A stretch of 10,050 bases of DNA from assembly GCA_051747585.1 (NCBI GenBank), contig JBNJGH010000117.1, forward strand, positions 1-10,050, in the 5' to 3' direction. Position numbers and translations under genes: made by a program. The notes below the pieces were generated by a model that saw only the letters and a list, made by a program, of their open reading frames with translations, was not told the DNA's origin and made no database searches. Below are positions 1 through 7,243 of this stretch, piece after piece; position 1 is the stretch's first letter, and each line of letters starts with the position of its first letter. Source of the DNA: Candidatus Rifleibacteriota bacterium. Lineage in GTDB: Bacteria; Muiribacteriota; Ozemobacteria; Ozemobacterales; Ozemobacteraceae.

Positions 1-117
1 CAAAAGTTCTGGTTTTATTTCTTTCTGTCAAATATAGAATTTAAACCACTGAGACCACCGAGGGCTCAGAGTTGATTTTTTAATCTTTTTCAGCCAGGAT
101 TTGTCCTGTGAACAAAT

Positions 118-144
118 AGCCGGCGGTTTCACCGCCCGGCTTTT
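118..144 (+). terminator. GC-rich hairpin followed by a short T run (possible intrinsic terminator or REP-like hairpin)
   Basis: AGCCGGCGGT-TTC-ACCG(C)CCGGCT followed by TTTCCTTCTT. The U-tract is short. Confidence 0.35.
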
Positions 145-146
145 CC

Positions 147-202
147 TTCTTCAGCAAGCCTTCCGAAAAACACGAGTGCTTTTCGGAAGGCTTGCTGAAG
201 AA
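147..202. repeat. Perfect 23-bp inverted repeat with 10-nt spacer
   Basis: TTCTTCAGCAAGCCTTCCGAAAA (147-169), spacer ACACGAGTGC, then TTTTCGGAAGGCTTGCTGAAGAA (180-202). Extends to 142-207 with one mismatch. Confidence 0.95.
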
Positions 203-225
203 AGAAACAATGGCTGAAAAAGATT

Positions 226-250
226 CTCTGTGTTCTCTGTGCGCTCTGTG
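226..250 (+). repeat. Three CTCTGTG heptamers at 9-nt period
   Basis: CTCTGTG at 226-232, 235-241 and 244-250. A degenerate inverted copy (CACTGAG/CACCGAG/CTCAGAG) lies at 47-53, 56-62 and 65-71. Confidence 0.9.
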
Positions 251-258
251 GTTATTTT

Positions 259-281
259 CTTTGTGGCTTTGAGACTTGGTG
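259..281 (+). repeat. Three degenerate CTTTGTG-type heptamers at 8-nt period
   Basis: CTTTGTG (259-265), CTTTGAG (267-273), CTTGGTG (275-281). Confidence 0.7.
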
Positions 282-350
282 TGAGGAATATTCTTTTCGA
301 AAACCAACTGGTAGTCGCATACCTAGAATTGCTGGCGGGAAAGCGTTTTT

Positions 351-379
351 TTGCCAGAATCCTTCAAATAGGTTAAAAT
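351..379 (+). promoter_or_regulatory. Sigma70-type promoter for the 411..1199 gene
   Basis: TTGCCA (351-356), 17-nt spacer, TAAAAT (374-379). SD-like GGAGA at 400-404, 6 nt before ATG 411. Confidence 0.65.
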
Positions 380-410
380 AATAATATAGTCAAAATTCTG
401 GAGAACTTTT

Positions 411-1199
411 ATGAAAACTGCCACAAATTATGTACTATTGGCCATATTGTTTTCAGCCTGCTTATTCATGCCTGATTTCATTCTAGCCGCAGACAACGGA
501 CTCATCATACCCATGCCCGACTACAAGGATAACGAAAAGTCATCATCAAAAGATGATGGCAATAAAACCGGACAGAAAAACTCCTCAAACAAAAGTGACT
601 CCGATTCCTCTACGCTTATCCCACTGCCATCTAATATTAAAAACAGGCCATCTCACTCTGGAAATAAAAACACTTCAGATTCAACCAAACAAGAAAATGA
701 CACTTCATCAACTGATGAAACCCCATTAATTACAATAGAGCCTGTTGAACAACCGGAGCAAAATCAGAACGATTTTCCTGAAGCTCCAGATGAAATTGTT
801 ATAGAACCCGACAGCCTGGAACCAACTGAGAATCTACCCAGCGAAAACAATTACCAGAACGAGCCCGCCGCAAGTGAACTCCCCGTTTTTCCCAAAGATA
901 CCGCCTCTGCAATATTCATGGTTATGAAAACCTGGCAATGCGATGACTATAACGGGAACACACTTCTTGCTCATGCAGTAGATGTTTACAACAAAGAAGC
1001 CCAGGAAAATTTTCAAATCAAAGGACTTACCGAAGAACTGAAATTCAATATCACTTTAGATGAACAGGACATTACCCTCGATGAACTTCTAGACCTTATT
1101 TCTTTTAAAACCGGCAGGGACTGGGGAGTAGATATCCAATCCCAGACTATCTATTTTTACCCCCCTGGCGTGACGACCGATAGCCTGAGTGCCTGGTAA
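411..1199 (+). CDS. Secreted/exported hypothetical protein with low-complexity linker and putative STN/secretin-N0-like C-terminal domain
   Basis: 262 aa with promoter and SD. Signal-peptide-like N-terminus (MKTATNYVLLAILFSACLFMPDFILA), long S/N/K/D/E/P-rich region, and C-terminal FNITLDEQDITLDELLDLISFKTGRDWGVDIQSQTIYFYP resembling the STN pattern. The domain call is pattern-based only. Confidence 0.8.
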   Translation: MKTATNYVLLAILFSACLFMPDFILAADNGLIIPMPDYKDNEKSSSKDDGNKTGQKNSSNKSDSDSSTLIPLPSNIKNRPSHSGNKNTSDSTKQENDTSSTDETPLITIEPVEQPEQNQNDFPEAPDEIVIEPDSLEPTENLPSENNYQNEPAASELPVFPKDTASAIFMVMKTWQCDDYNGNTLLAHAVDVYNKEAQENFQIKGLTEELKFNITLDEQDITLDELLDLISFKTGRDWGVDIQSQTIYFYPPGVTTDSLSAW

Positions 1200-1204
1200 A
1201 AAAA

Positions 1205-1828
1205 TCAGGAGTTGCCAAGGTACCCTTTTGCTATCCATTCCTCGGCCAGGGAATCATATTCCTTTTCCAGTAGAGCCACTTCGAATGTATCCTGCCATTT
1301 ATGGTGCAGGAACATGGTTTCGAGCAAACGCCCTTCAGTTCTGAAACCTAACTTTTCACAAACTCTTCTCGAAGAAAGGTTGTCTGGAGTAATTCTTGCC
1401 CAGATGCGATGAAGTCTTAATTCTTCAAAGGCGAAGGATACGATTGTCGCCAAAGCCCTGGTTGTATAGCCTTTGTTTTTGTTGTTTTCATTTATCCAGT
1501 AAGACAGACCTGCGGACCTTTGCACTCCGAAACAAATACTGTGCAAGGCAATTCTTCCGAGCAACTGTTTGCTATTCTCACAAAATATACCCAGATCGAT
1601 TCTCTCTCCTGCACGGAAAGCCTTGTGTTCCTGTTTTATCCATTGCACTACGCTATGCTTATTGAAATTTGCACTATAAAAAGGCGACCACCGAATTAAA
1701 AATTCTCGATTTTTCTTCAATAATCCGCCATACTCCTCAGCATCTTTAATACTCAATCGCCTGAGGAAAAAACCATGCCCGAAAAGCCTTCTTTGAACCG
1801 TAAAATTAATTTGTAACCTGTAATTCAA
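1205..1828 (-). CDS. GNAT N-acetyltransferase, RimJ/RimL family
   Basis: 207 aa, TTG start with AGGA SD upstream. Contains LSYWI..NKGYTTRAL, FEELRLHRIWA, PDNLSSRRVCEKLGFRTEG and the W.D C-terminal motif typical of RimJ-like proteins. Confidence 0.9.
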   Translation of the reverse strand: MNYRLQINFTVQRRLFGHGFFLRRLSIKDAEEYGGLLKKNREFLIRWSPFYSANFNKHSVVQWIKQEHKAFRAGERIDLGIFCENSKQLLGRIALHSICFGVQRSAGLSYWINENNKNKGYTTRALATIVSFAFEELRLHRIWARITPDNLSSRRVCEKLGFRTEGRLLETMFLHHKWQDTFEVALLEKEYDSLAEEWIAKGYLGNS

Positions 1829-1846
1829 CTTAGTTATTCCTGTTTT

Positions 1847-4800
1847 TCAAGGGACAAAATATCTGGCAAATGGATTGAGCAAAATGAAACCGGAAACTGA
1901 AAGCTCTGGAACCATTTGAAAGCTTTCGCTCAGCTCAATTCCAATTTTTCTGGCATCTAGAATTCGCAAAAGATCTTTTTGTGAGCTTAGGTCTGGACAA
2001 GCAGGATAACCAAATGAATATCTGCAACCCTGCAATTGCCCTTTGGTCAAGGTTTGGCCGGGGAAAAGCTCTCTATGAATTTGCCTGTGCACATAAACGG
2101 CGGCGCAATCAGCGAGCTCTGAACCAAGCCCGTGCAAAAGGTGATAATCGCAGAATTTATCATCTGCGAATCTTTTTCGCCCTTCTTCGATGATGTTTTT
2201 TCCGAGAGTTACAGCCCACAAGGCGATCAGATCGTTTTTTTCTTCGCTGATAAAATCAGCCAGACAAAGCCCTGGTTTCTTTTTTTGCCTGGGAAATTCA
2301 AACTCACCAATAGTTATTTCTGCATCATCAAATATTTTTATCTTGTTACCTCTGGCCTTACAACGAAAATACCCATAAACAGCCTGAGCCTTAAAAAGAA
2401 TTTCTTCTTGATCTTCTTTAATAAACTTGTTTAATGCCGGGCGAGCCTTTTCTTCAATAATTTTTTTATACTCAGTCTCTGTCAAACTACCTTTTTTAAA
2501 GCCCCATCTGGCTTCGAATAAAACCTTATGAGAAAGTAGAGCAAAAAGGTCTTTTGAAGAAATTTCCAATAAATGCCTGCCATAAAACGGCGGTTTTATA
2601 ATATTTTGATTTGCAACGAACTGATGTCGATTTGCTCTACCCACCAGCTCCTCATCAGGGTTGATATTATCTTTTTTCTTTACAGATTTGCCGGTATTTT
2701 TGGAAATTATACTTTCTTGAGCTTCTTTTTCATTTTTGCTTAGATTTTTTTCAAGTATTGAAACTGCATCAACAGTATCCCGGGCATAATAAACCCTGCC
2801 ATTGTAAATTGGCTGAAGCTCTTTTTCGACAAAATCTTTTGTTAAAGCAGCTCCTCCAAGTATGACGGTCGGAAAGAAATTTCTGCGGTTAAGCTCTTCT
2901 AAATTTTCTTTCATTATTTCGGTCGACCTGACAAGCAGGCCGCTCATACCTATAATTTTTGAGTTATGATCTTTAGCAGCCTTAATCATGTCCTCGATAT
3001 CTATTTTAATCCCAAGATCATAAACATTATAACCATTATTACTGAGCATAATATTGACCAGATTTTTTCCGATATCATGAACATCGCCGGCTACGGTAGC
3101 CAATATAACTCTCTTGTCGGGCGAAGGTTCAACCTTTTCCATTAAAGGTTGAAGAATATCGACGGTATTTTTAACCACCTCGGCAGATTGAAGAACAAAA
3201 GGAAGCTGCAGCTTACCGGATCCAAACAATTCTCCTACTTCTTTCATGGCCGGCAGAAGAATCTGATTAATTATTTCATGGGGCTTATGATCATTCAAAA
3301 GTTTTTCAAGTAAATTTTCAATTTCGCTCTTGTCGCCATCTATAACCTTTTCTTTAAGATGTTGCTTCGGCGTAAGCTTTTCGACATCAAGTTTTTTATG
3401 CCGCTTGTTTTCATCGGTAAAAAATTCGATAAACCTTGTCAGATCAGTGCCATCGCCACCTGGGTTATAAATCAAATTGAGAGCAACTTTTCTTTCTTCT
3501 GGAGTTATTTTATGACCGGGCAATATGCCTGCAGGATTGACAATTGCACAGGTTAATCCCGCAGACACTGCTTCCTGAAGAAAAACGCTGTTTAGTATTT
3601 CGCGACCTGCTTTATTCAAGCCAAAAGATACGTTGCTTAACCCCAGAATTGTGTTTACTTCGGGCAAACCTTCATTTATAAGCTTAAGCGCCTTAAGTGT
3701 TTCAGCCGCCGAGTTTCTTAAGCTGACTTCTCCACTTCCAACAGTAAAAGTCAAGGGATCAAATATCAGATCTGCCGGTCTTAAAGCATATTTCTTTGTC
3801 AGCAATTTAAACAGACGGTTTAATATTTTAAGTTTTTCTTCGGCTGTTTTGGCCATTCCGTTTTCGTCTATAGCAAGACAAATTAGAGCAGCCCCGAATC
3901 TATGAGCCAGCTTTGCGACAGCATCAAGTCGCCTTCCGCCATCTTCAAGATTGACAGAATTGATTACACAACGGCCGCCGTGCAACTTTAACGCAGCTTC
4001 TATAGCTTCTGGACTGGTTGAATCTATTACAAGCGGCAAATTAATCTGAGCCGCAAAACGTGGCACAAGCGTATTAATGTCATTTAATTCATTTCTTCCG
4101 GCGTAAGCTACGCAAAGATCTACCAGGTGGGCACCGGCTTTCACCTGCTCTCTTCCCATAGCGACCATGCCATCCCAGTCTTCATTTTTGAGCATGCCAC
4201 GAAATTGTTTAGCACCATTTGCATTTGTCCTTTCACCAATCAAAGTAGGAGCAGGATTCTGCCGCAAAGCAACTGCACTGAATAAACTGGCCACCTGTGG
4301 CACAAACCTTACTTTTCTTTTCGGTGGTTTATGGCCTGCAACTTTTTCTACAACCGCGGCCAGGTGCTGGGGAGTGGTTCCACAACAGCCGCCAACCATA
4401 TTAACACCCGACTCTTTCACAAATTTTTCAATATATCCGGCAAACTCTTCGGGTTTCATATTATATACGGGTTTTCCTTTTACATTTACCGGCAACCCCG
4501 CATTGGGCATTACTCCGACTGCTCCAGGCCAGTTATTTACCAGGTGATCGACATGCCGTACCATTTCTCCGGGGCCGGTTGCACAATTGATGCTAAGCAT
4601 GTCAATAAATGAATAAGGCTCTAGAGAGGCAATGATGGCATGAACATCACTTCCAATTAACATTGTTCCTGAAGACTCAAGCGTTACGGAAACATTTACA
4701 GCACATCGCTGTTTTTTTTCGGCAAAAAGAGTTTCTGCAGCGTAGAGAGCTGATTTTATCTGAAGTAGATCTTGACAGGTCTCAATTTGTAATATGTCTA

Positions 4801-5263
4801 TTCCGGCCTCAAATAAAGCTTTAAATTGCTCGTAATAGGCTTCGGACATTTCATCAAAAGAAATATTGTTGAGAGAAGGAAGCTTGGAGGTAGGCCCAAC
4901 AGAGCCTGCAATAAGAACAGGCTCGGCAGTTTCAACTTCATCTATTGCTTCACGAGCAATTTCTACTGCTTTGCGGTTAATTTTATCAATTTCATTTTCG
5001 AGTCCGTATTCTTTTAGCCCTATAGATGTGGCATTAAATGTATTTGTTTCTATGACCTGGCATCCAGACTGGATGAAATCTTTATGAACTATTTTTATTG
5101 CATCAGGGGCATACAATATCAGAGCTTCGCTGCAACCCTTGTACCCACCAAAATCTCTCTCTTTCAGAGGCATAGCTTGCAGGCTTGTTCCCATGGCTCC
5201 ATCAAAAATTAAAACTTTTTCGTTTATCAGCTTATGAAATTCTTCTACAGAAATTCTTTGCAT
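1847..5263 (-). CDS. metH: Cobalamin-dependent methionine synthase
   Basis: 1138 aa. Hcy domain (FDGAMGT, Zn ligands NCATGP and GGCCGTTP), pterin-binding domain (IGERTNANG, IDS, INSVNLEDG), B12 motif GDVHDIGKNLV..GMSGLL..LGGAAL, and C-terminal reactivation region RYSFGYPACPDL. GGGG SD, 14 nt downstream of the previous stop. Confidence 0.97.
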   Translation of the reverse strand: MQRISVEEFHKLINEKVLIFDGAMGTSLQAMPLKERDFGGYKGCSEALILYAPDAIKIVHKDFIQSGCQVIETNTFNATSIGLKEYGLENEIDKINRKAVEIAREAIDEVETAEPVLIAGSVGPTSKLPSLNNISFDEMSEAYYEQFKALFEAGIDILQIETCQDLLQIKSALYAAETLFAEKKQRCAVNVSVTLESSGTMLIGSDVHAIIASLEPYSFIDMLSINCATGPGEMVRHVDHLVNNWPGAVGVMPNAGLPVNVKGKPVYNMKPEEFAGYIEKFVKESGVNMVGGCCGTTPQHLAAVVEKVAGHKPPKRKVRFVPQVASLFSAVALRQNPAPTLIGERTNANGAKQFRGMLKNEDWDGMVAMGREQVKAGAHLVDLCVAYAGRNELNDINTLVPRFAAQINLPLVIDSTSPEAIEAALKLHGGRCVINSVNLEDGGRRLDAVAKLAHRFGAALICLAIDENGMAKTAEEKLKILNRLFKLLTKKYALRPADLIFDPLTFTVGSGEVSLRNSAAETLKALKLINEGLPEVNTILGLSNVSFGLNKAGREILNSVFLQEAVSAGLTCAIVNPAGILPGHKITPEERKVALNLIYNPGGDGTDLTRFIEFFTDENKRHKKLDVEKLTPKQHLKEKVIDGDKSEIENLLEKLLNDHKPHEIINQILLPAMKEVGELFGSGKLQLPFVLQSAEVVKNTVDILQPLMEKVEPSPDKRVILATVAGDVHDIGKNLVNIMLSNNGYNVYDLGIKIDIEDMIKAAKDHNSKIIGMSGLLVRSTEIMKENLEELNRRNFFPTVILGGAALTKDFVEKELQPIYNGRVYYARDTVDAVSILEKNLSKNEKEAQESIISKNTGKSVKKKDNINPDEELVGRANRHQFVANQNIIKPPFYGRHLLEISSKDLFALLSHKVLFEARWGFKKGSLTETEYKKIIEEKARPALNKFIKEDQEEILFKAQAVYGYFRCKARGNKIKIFDDAEITIGEFEFPRQKKKPGLCLADFISEEKNDLIALWAVTLGKNIIEEGRKRFADDKFCDYHLLHGLGSELADCAAVYVHRQIHRELFPGQTLTKGQLQGCRYSFGYPACPDLSSQKDLLRILDARKIGIELSESFQMVPELSVSGFILLNPFARYFVP

Positions 5264-5277
5264 CTTTAACCCCGTTT

Positions 5278-7116
5278 TTACTTTAGAACTTCAAGTACTT
5301 TTAAGACGTTTTCCACTCTTCCGAAAGGAACGCTTATTTGTACACCCTCAACCATGTTTTTAACTTTTTGCAAAGCTTCGCGAGCAATTGCTATACCTTC
5401 CTCACGCTGAGCTTCAACCGAATCGGCTTTTCTCAATCTTTCCATCAATTCATCGGGAACCGATGCGCCGGGCACCTCGTTATTCATAAATTCTGCGTTT
5501 TTAAGACTCGCCAGCGGCCATATTCCGGCCAAAACCGGTATTCTTACATGCTTGATCCGCTCCAAAAATCTTTCAAGCAAGTCGATATCAAAAACAGGCT
5601 GGGTAATAGCAAATTCGGCCCCTGCATCAACTTTCCATTCAAATCTGCTAATTTCAAGATCAAGGTCTATAGCCCCGGGATTAGCTCCTACGCCTACAAG
5701 AAATCCCGTCGGTTTTCCTATGGGGTTACTTCCAAGGTCTGCACCATGATTCAGTCTTTGCATTACATTTACCAGACCGATTGAATCTATATCAAAAACC
5801 GCCGTGGCTTGCGGATAGTTGCCAACCTTAGGAGGGTCGCCCGTTATTGCAAGAATATTACGCAAACCAATTGCATAAGCCCCGAGAAGATCTGACTGGA
5901 TACCCAGAATATTACGGTCTCTGCAACAATAATGGAGAATGGTCTCTATTCCCACCTTCTGTTCTATTAAAATCGACATCGCCATCGGGCTTAAGCGGGC
6001 TGAAGCCCTGGGACCATCAGGAATATTTATCGCATTTACTCCCGCTTCTTTTAATTGGCCGGCTCGTTCTATAACTTTAAGGGGATCGCACCCCTTAGGA
6101 GGCGTCAGTTCGGCAGTAACCACGAAATTTTTTTCAGCAATTTTCTTTCCTAATTCAGATTTTTCTATTTGAGGAATGACTTCAATATTAGAAGGAACTT
6201 CGACTTCAGATGATCTGGCTGTGGGAATTACGCTTCTACCGCCAGGAGTCAAGGCTTTAACTGCGTTTACTACCCATTTAATATGTTCAGGAGTAGTTCC
6301 ACAGCAGCCACCGACAATTCTAACCCCTGCCTGAATGAACCTTTTAGCATATTCGCCAAAATATTCAGGATTGCTCAAATAAATCATTCGCCCATCTACA
6401 ACTTTTGGCAACCCTGCATTAGGCTGGGCAATCAAGTTCAAATTAGTAAGCTGACGCATTCTTTCAATTGCATCGAACATGGTTTTAGGTCCGACTGAGC
6501 AGTTAAGCCCAATAATATCGGCACCCCATGATTCAAGTTTTGGAGCGAATACATCAACGCTTGTTCCATAAAGAGCGTTACCATCTTCATTGATTGTCAT
6601 AGAAGCGATTACCGGCTTATCTGTCAGCCTCTTCAGAGCCTTGATTGCCTGATGAATCTCGTTGATATCGAAAAAAGTCTCGAGAATAAAAATATCAACC
6701 CCACCGGCAAGCAAACCTTTGGCCTGCTCAAAGAAAGCTTCTTCGGCTTCTTCGACCGAGGTTTTACCCCATGGCTCGATTCTGATGCCTAATGGGCCTA
6801 TTGCCCCGGCAACATAAGCCTTATCGCCGGCAACTTCTTTTGCAAGTTTAGCGGCCTGGTAATTTATTACTTCAATTTTATCCTGCAAACCATGAGGCTG
6901 CAGCTTAAATTTGTTTGCGCCGAAAGTATTGGTTTCTAAAACATTAGCTCCGGCCTCAAGGTATTCACAGTGTATTTCTTTAACCAATGAGGGTTGAGTC
7001 AGATTAAGCTCATCATAAACCCGGTTAATATAAACCCCTTTTTGGTAAAGCATGGTTCCCATAGCACCATCAAAAACAACAATGTTATTATCCACAAAAC
7101 TGTTAAAATCCTGCAA
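5278..7116 (-). CDS. yitJ: Bifunctional homocysteine S-methyltransferase / 5,10-methylenetetrahydrofolate reductase (YitJ-type)
   Basis: N-terminal Hcy-binding domain (FDGAMGT, NCSVGP, GGCCGTTP) fused to an MTHFR domain (ELTPPKG, CRDRN, AITGDPP, KVDAGAEFAITQPVFD). Start moved from 7221 to TTG at 7116 (612 aa) because GGAG lies 8 nt upstream and the longer ORF runs through the promoter region. Confidence 0.93.
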   Translation of the reverse strand: MQDFNSFVDNNIVVFDGAMGTMLYQKGVYINRVYDELNLTQPSLVKEIHCEYLEAGANVLETNTFGANKFKLQPHGLQDKIEVINYQAAKLAKEVAGDKAYVAGAIGPLGIRIEPWGKTSVEEAEEAFFEQAKGLLAGGVDIFILETFFDINEIHQAIKALKRLTDKPVIASMTINEDGNALYGTSVDVFAPKLESWGADIIGLNCSVGPKTMFDAIERMRQLTNLNLIAQPNAGLPKVVDGRMIYLSNPEYFGEYAKRFIQAGVRIVGGCCGTTPEHIKWVVNAVKALTPGGRSVIPTARSSEVEVPSNIEVIPQIEKSELGKKIAEKNFVVTAELTPPKGCDPLKVIERAGQLKEAGVNAINIPDGPRASARLSPMAMSILIEQKVGIETILHYCCRDRNILGIQSDLLGAYAIGLRNILAITGDPPKVGNYPQATAVFDIDSIGLVNVMQRLNHGADLGSNPIGKPTGFLVGVGANPGAIDLDLEISRFEWKVDAGAEFAITQPVFDIDLLERFLERIKHVRIPVLAGIWPLASLKNAEFMNNEVPGASVPDELMERLRKADSVEAQREEGIAIAREALQKVKNMVEGVQISVPFGRVENVLKVLEVLK

Positions 7117-7161
7117 TTTTTTCTCTCCATTCAGGTTTTCAGTTAAATTATATTTGAAGCT

Positions 7162-7191
7162 ATAATGCTTTATTTGCACAAAAAGTGTCAA
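7162..7191 (-). promoter_or_regulatory. Sigma70-type promoter for the yitJ-metH-GNAT operon
   Basis: On the minus strand: perfect TTGACA (7191-7186), 18-nt spacer, CATTAT (7167-7162). Confidence 0.55.
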
Positions 7192-7214
7192 GGCGGGAAA
7201 ATAGCTTAGAGTAT

Positions 7215-7243
7215 TTGGCACTGTTTGAAGGTTATGTTATAGT
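7215..7243 (+). promoter_or_regulatory. Sigma70-type promoter with extended -10 for the M50 protease gene
   Basis: TTGGCA (7215-7220), 17-nt spacer, TATAGT (7238-7243), with TG at 7235-7236. ATG follows 7 nt later. Confidence 0.7.

Larger units (their letters stand above)
44..253. repeat. Nested inverted-repeat element (candidate structured RNA or MITE/REP-like composite)
   Basis: 44-71 pairs with 226-253 (21 Watson-Crick + 2 G-U of 28 positions on the + strand). 82-96 AATCTTTTTCAGCCA is the exact reverse complement of 211-225. 147-169 is the exact reverse complement of 180-202. Additional hairpins lie at 118-141 and 99-117. Confidence 0.85.

Noticed and set aside
1..31. Minus-strand TTGACA at 31-26 as an outward promoter
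   Set aside because: The hexamer at 17-nt spacing is AACTTT, a poor -10, and the downstream context is outside the window.
44..285. CRISPR array or tRNA interpretation of the repeats
   Set aside because: The units are 7-nt with 1-2 nt spacers or are inverted repeats, not 23-47-nt direct repeats with unique spacers. There are no cas genes and no tRNA cloverleaf with T-loop/CCA features.
80..307. 75-aa minus-strand ORF
   Set aside because: It is a translation of the repeat/palindrome region (HRAHREHRE comes from the CACAGAG units), with an alternative start codon and no recognisable domain.
332..357. Hairpin CTGGCGGGAAA/TTTTTTGCCAG as a terminator
   Set aside because: It depends on several G-U pairs, has no following U-tract, and overlaps the -35 box of the 411 promoter.
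2640..2760. Lys-rich low-complexity stretch within metH as an insertion or intein
   Set aside because: It falls in the naturally variable linker between the B12-binding and reactivation domains, and has no intein motifs or frameshift.
834..6498. Short ORFs antisense to the 411 gene, GNAT, metH and yitJ (such as 1212..1412, 2132..2434, 4167..4547, 5338..5784)
   Set aside because: Shadow ORFs lying wholly opposite well-supported genes, with no recognisable motifs.
7216..7230. TGGCAC as a sigma54 -24 element
   Set aside because: The required GC at -12 is absent (AG at 7229-7230). The site fits a sigma70 -35 instead.
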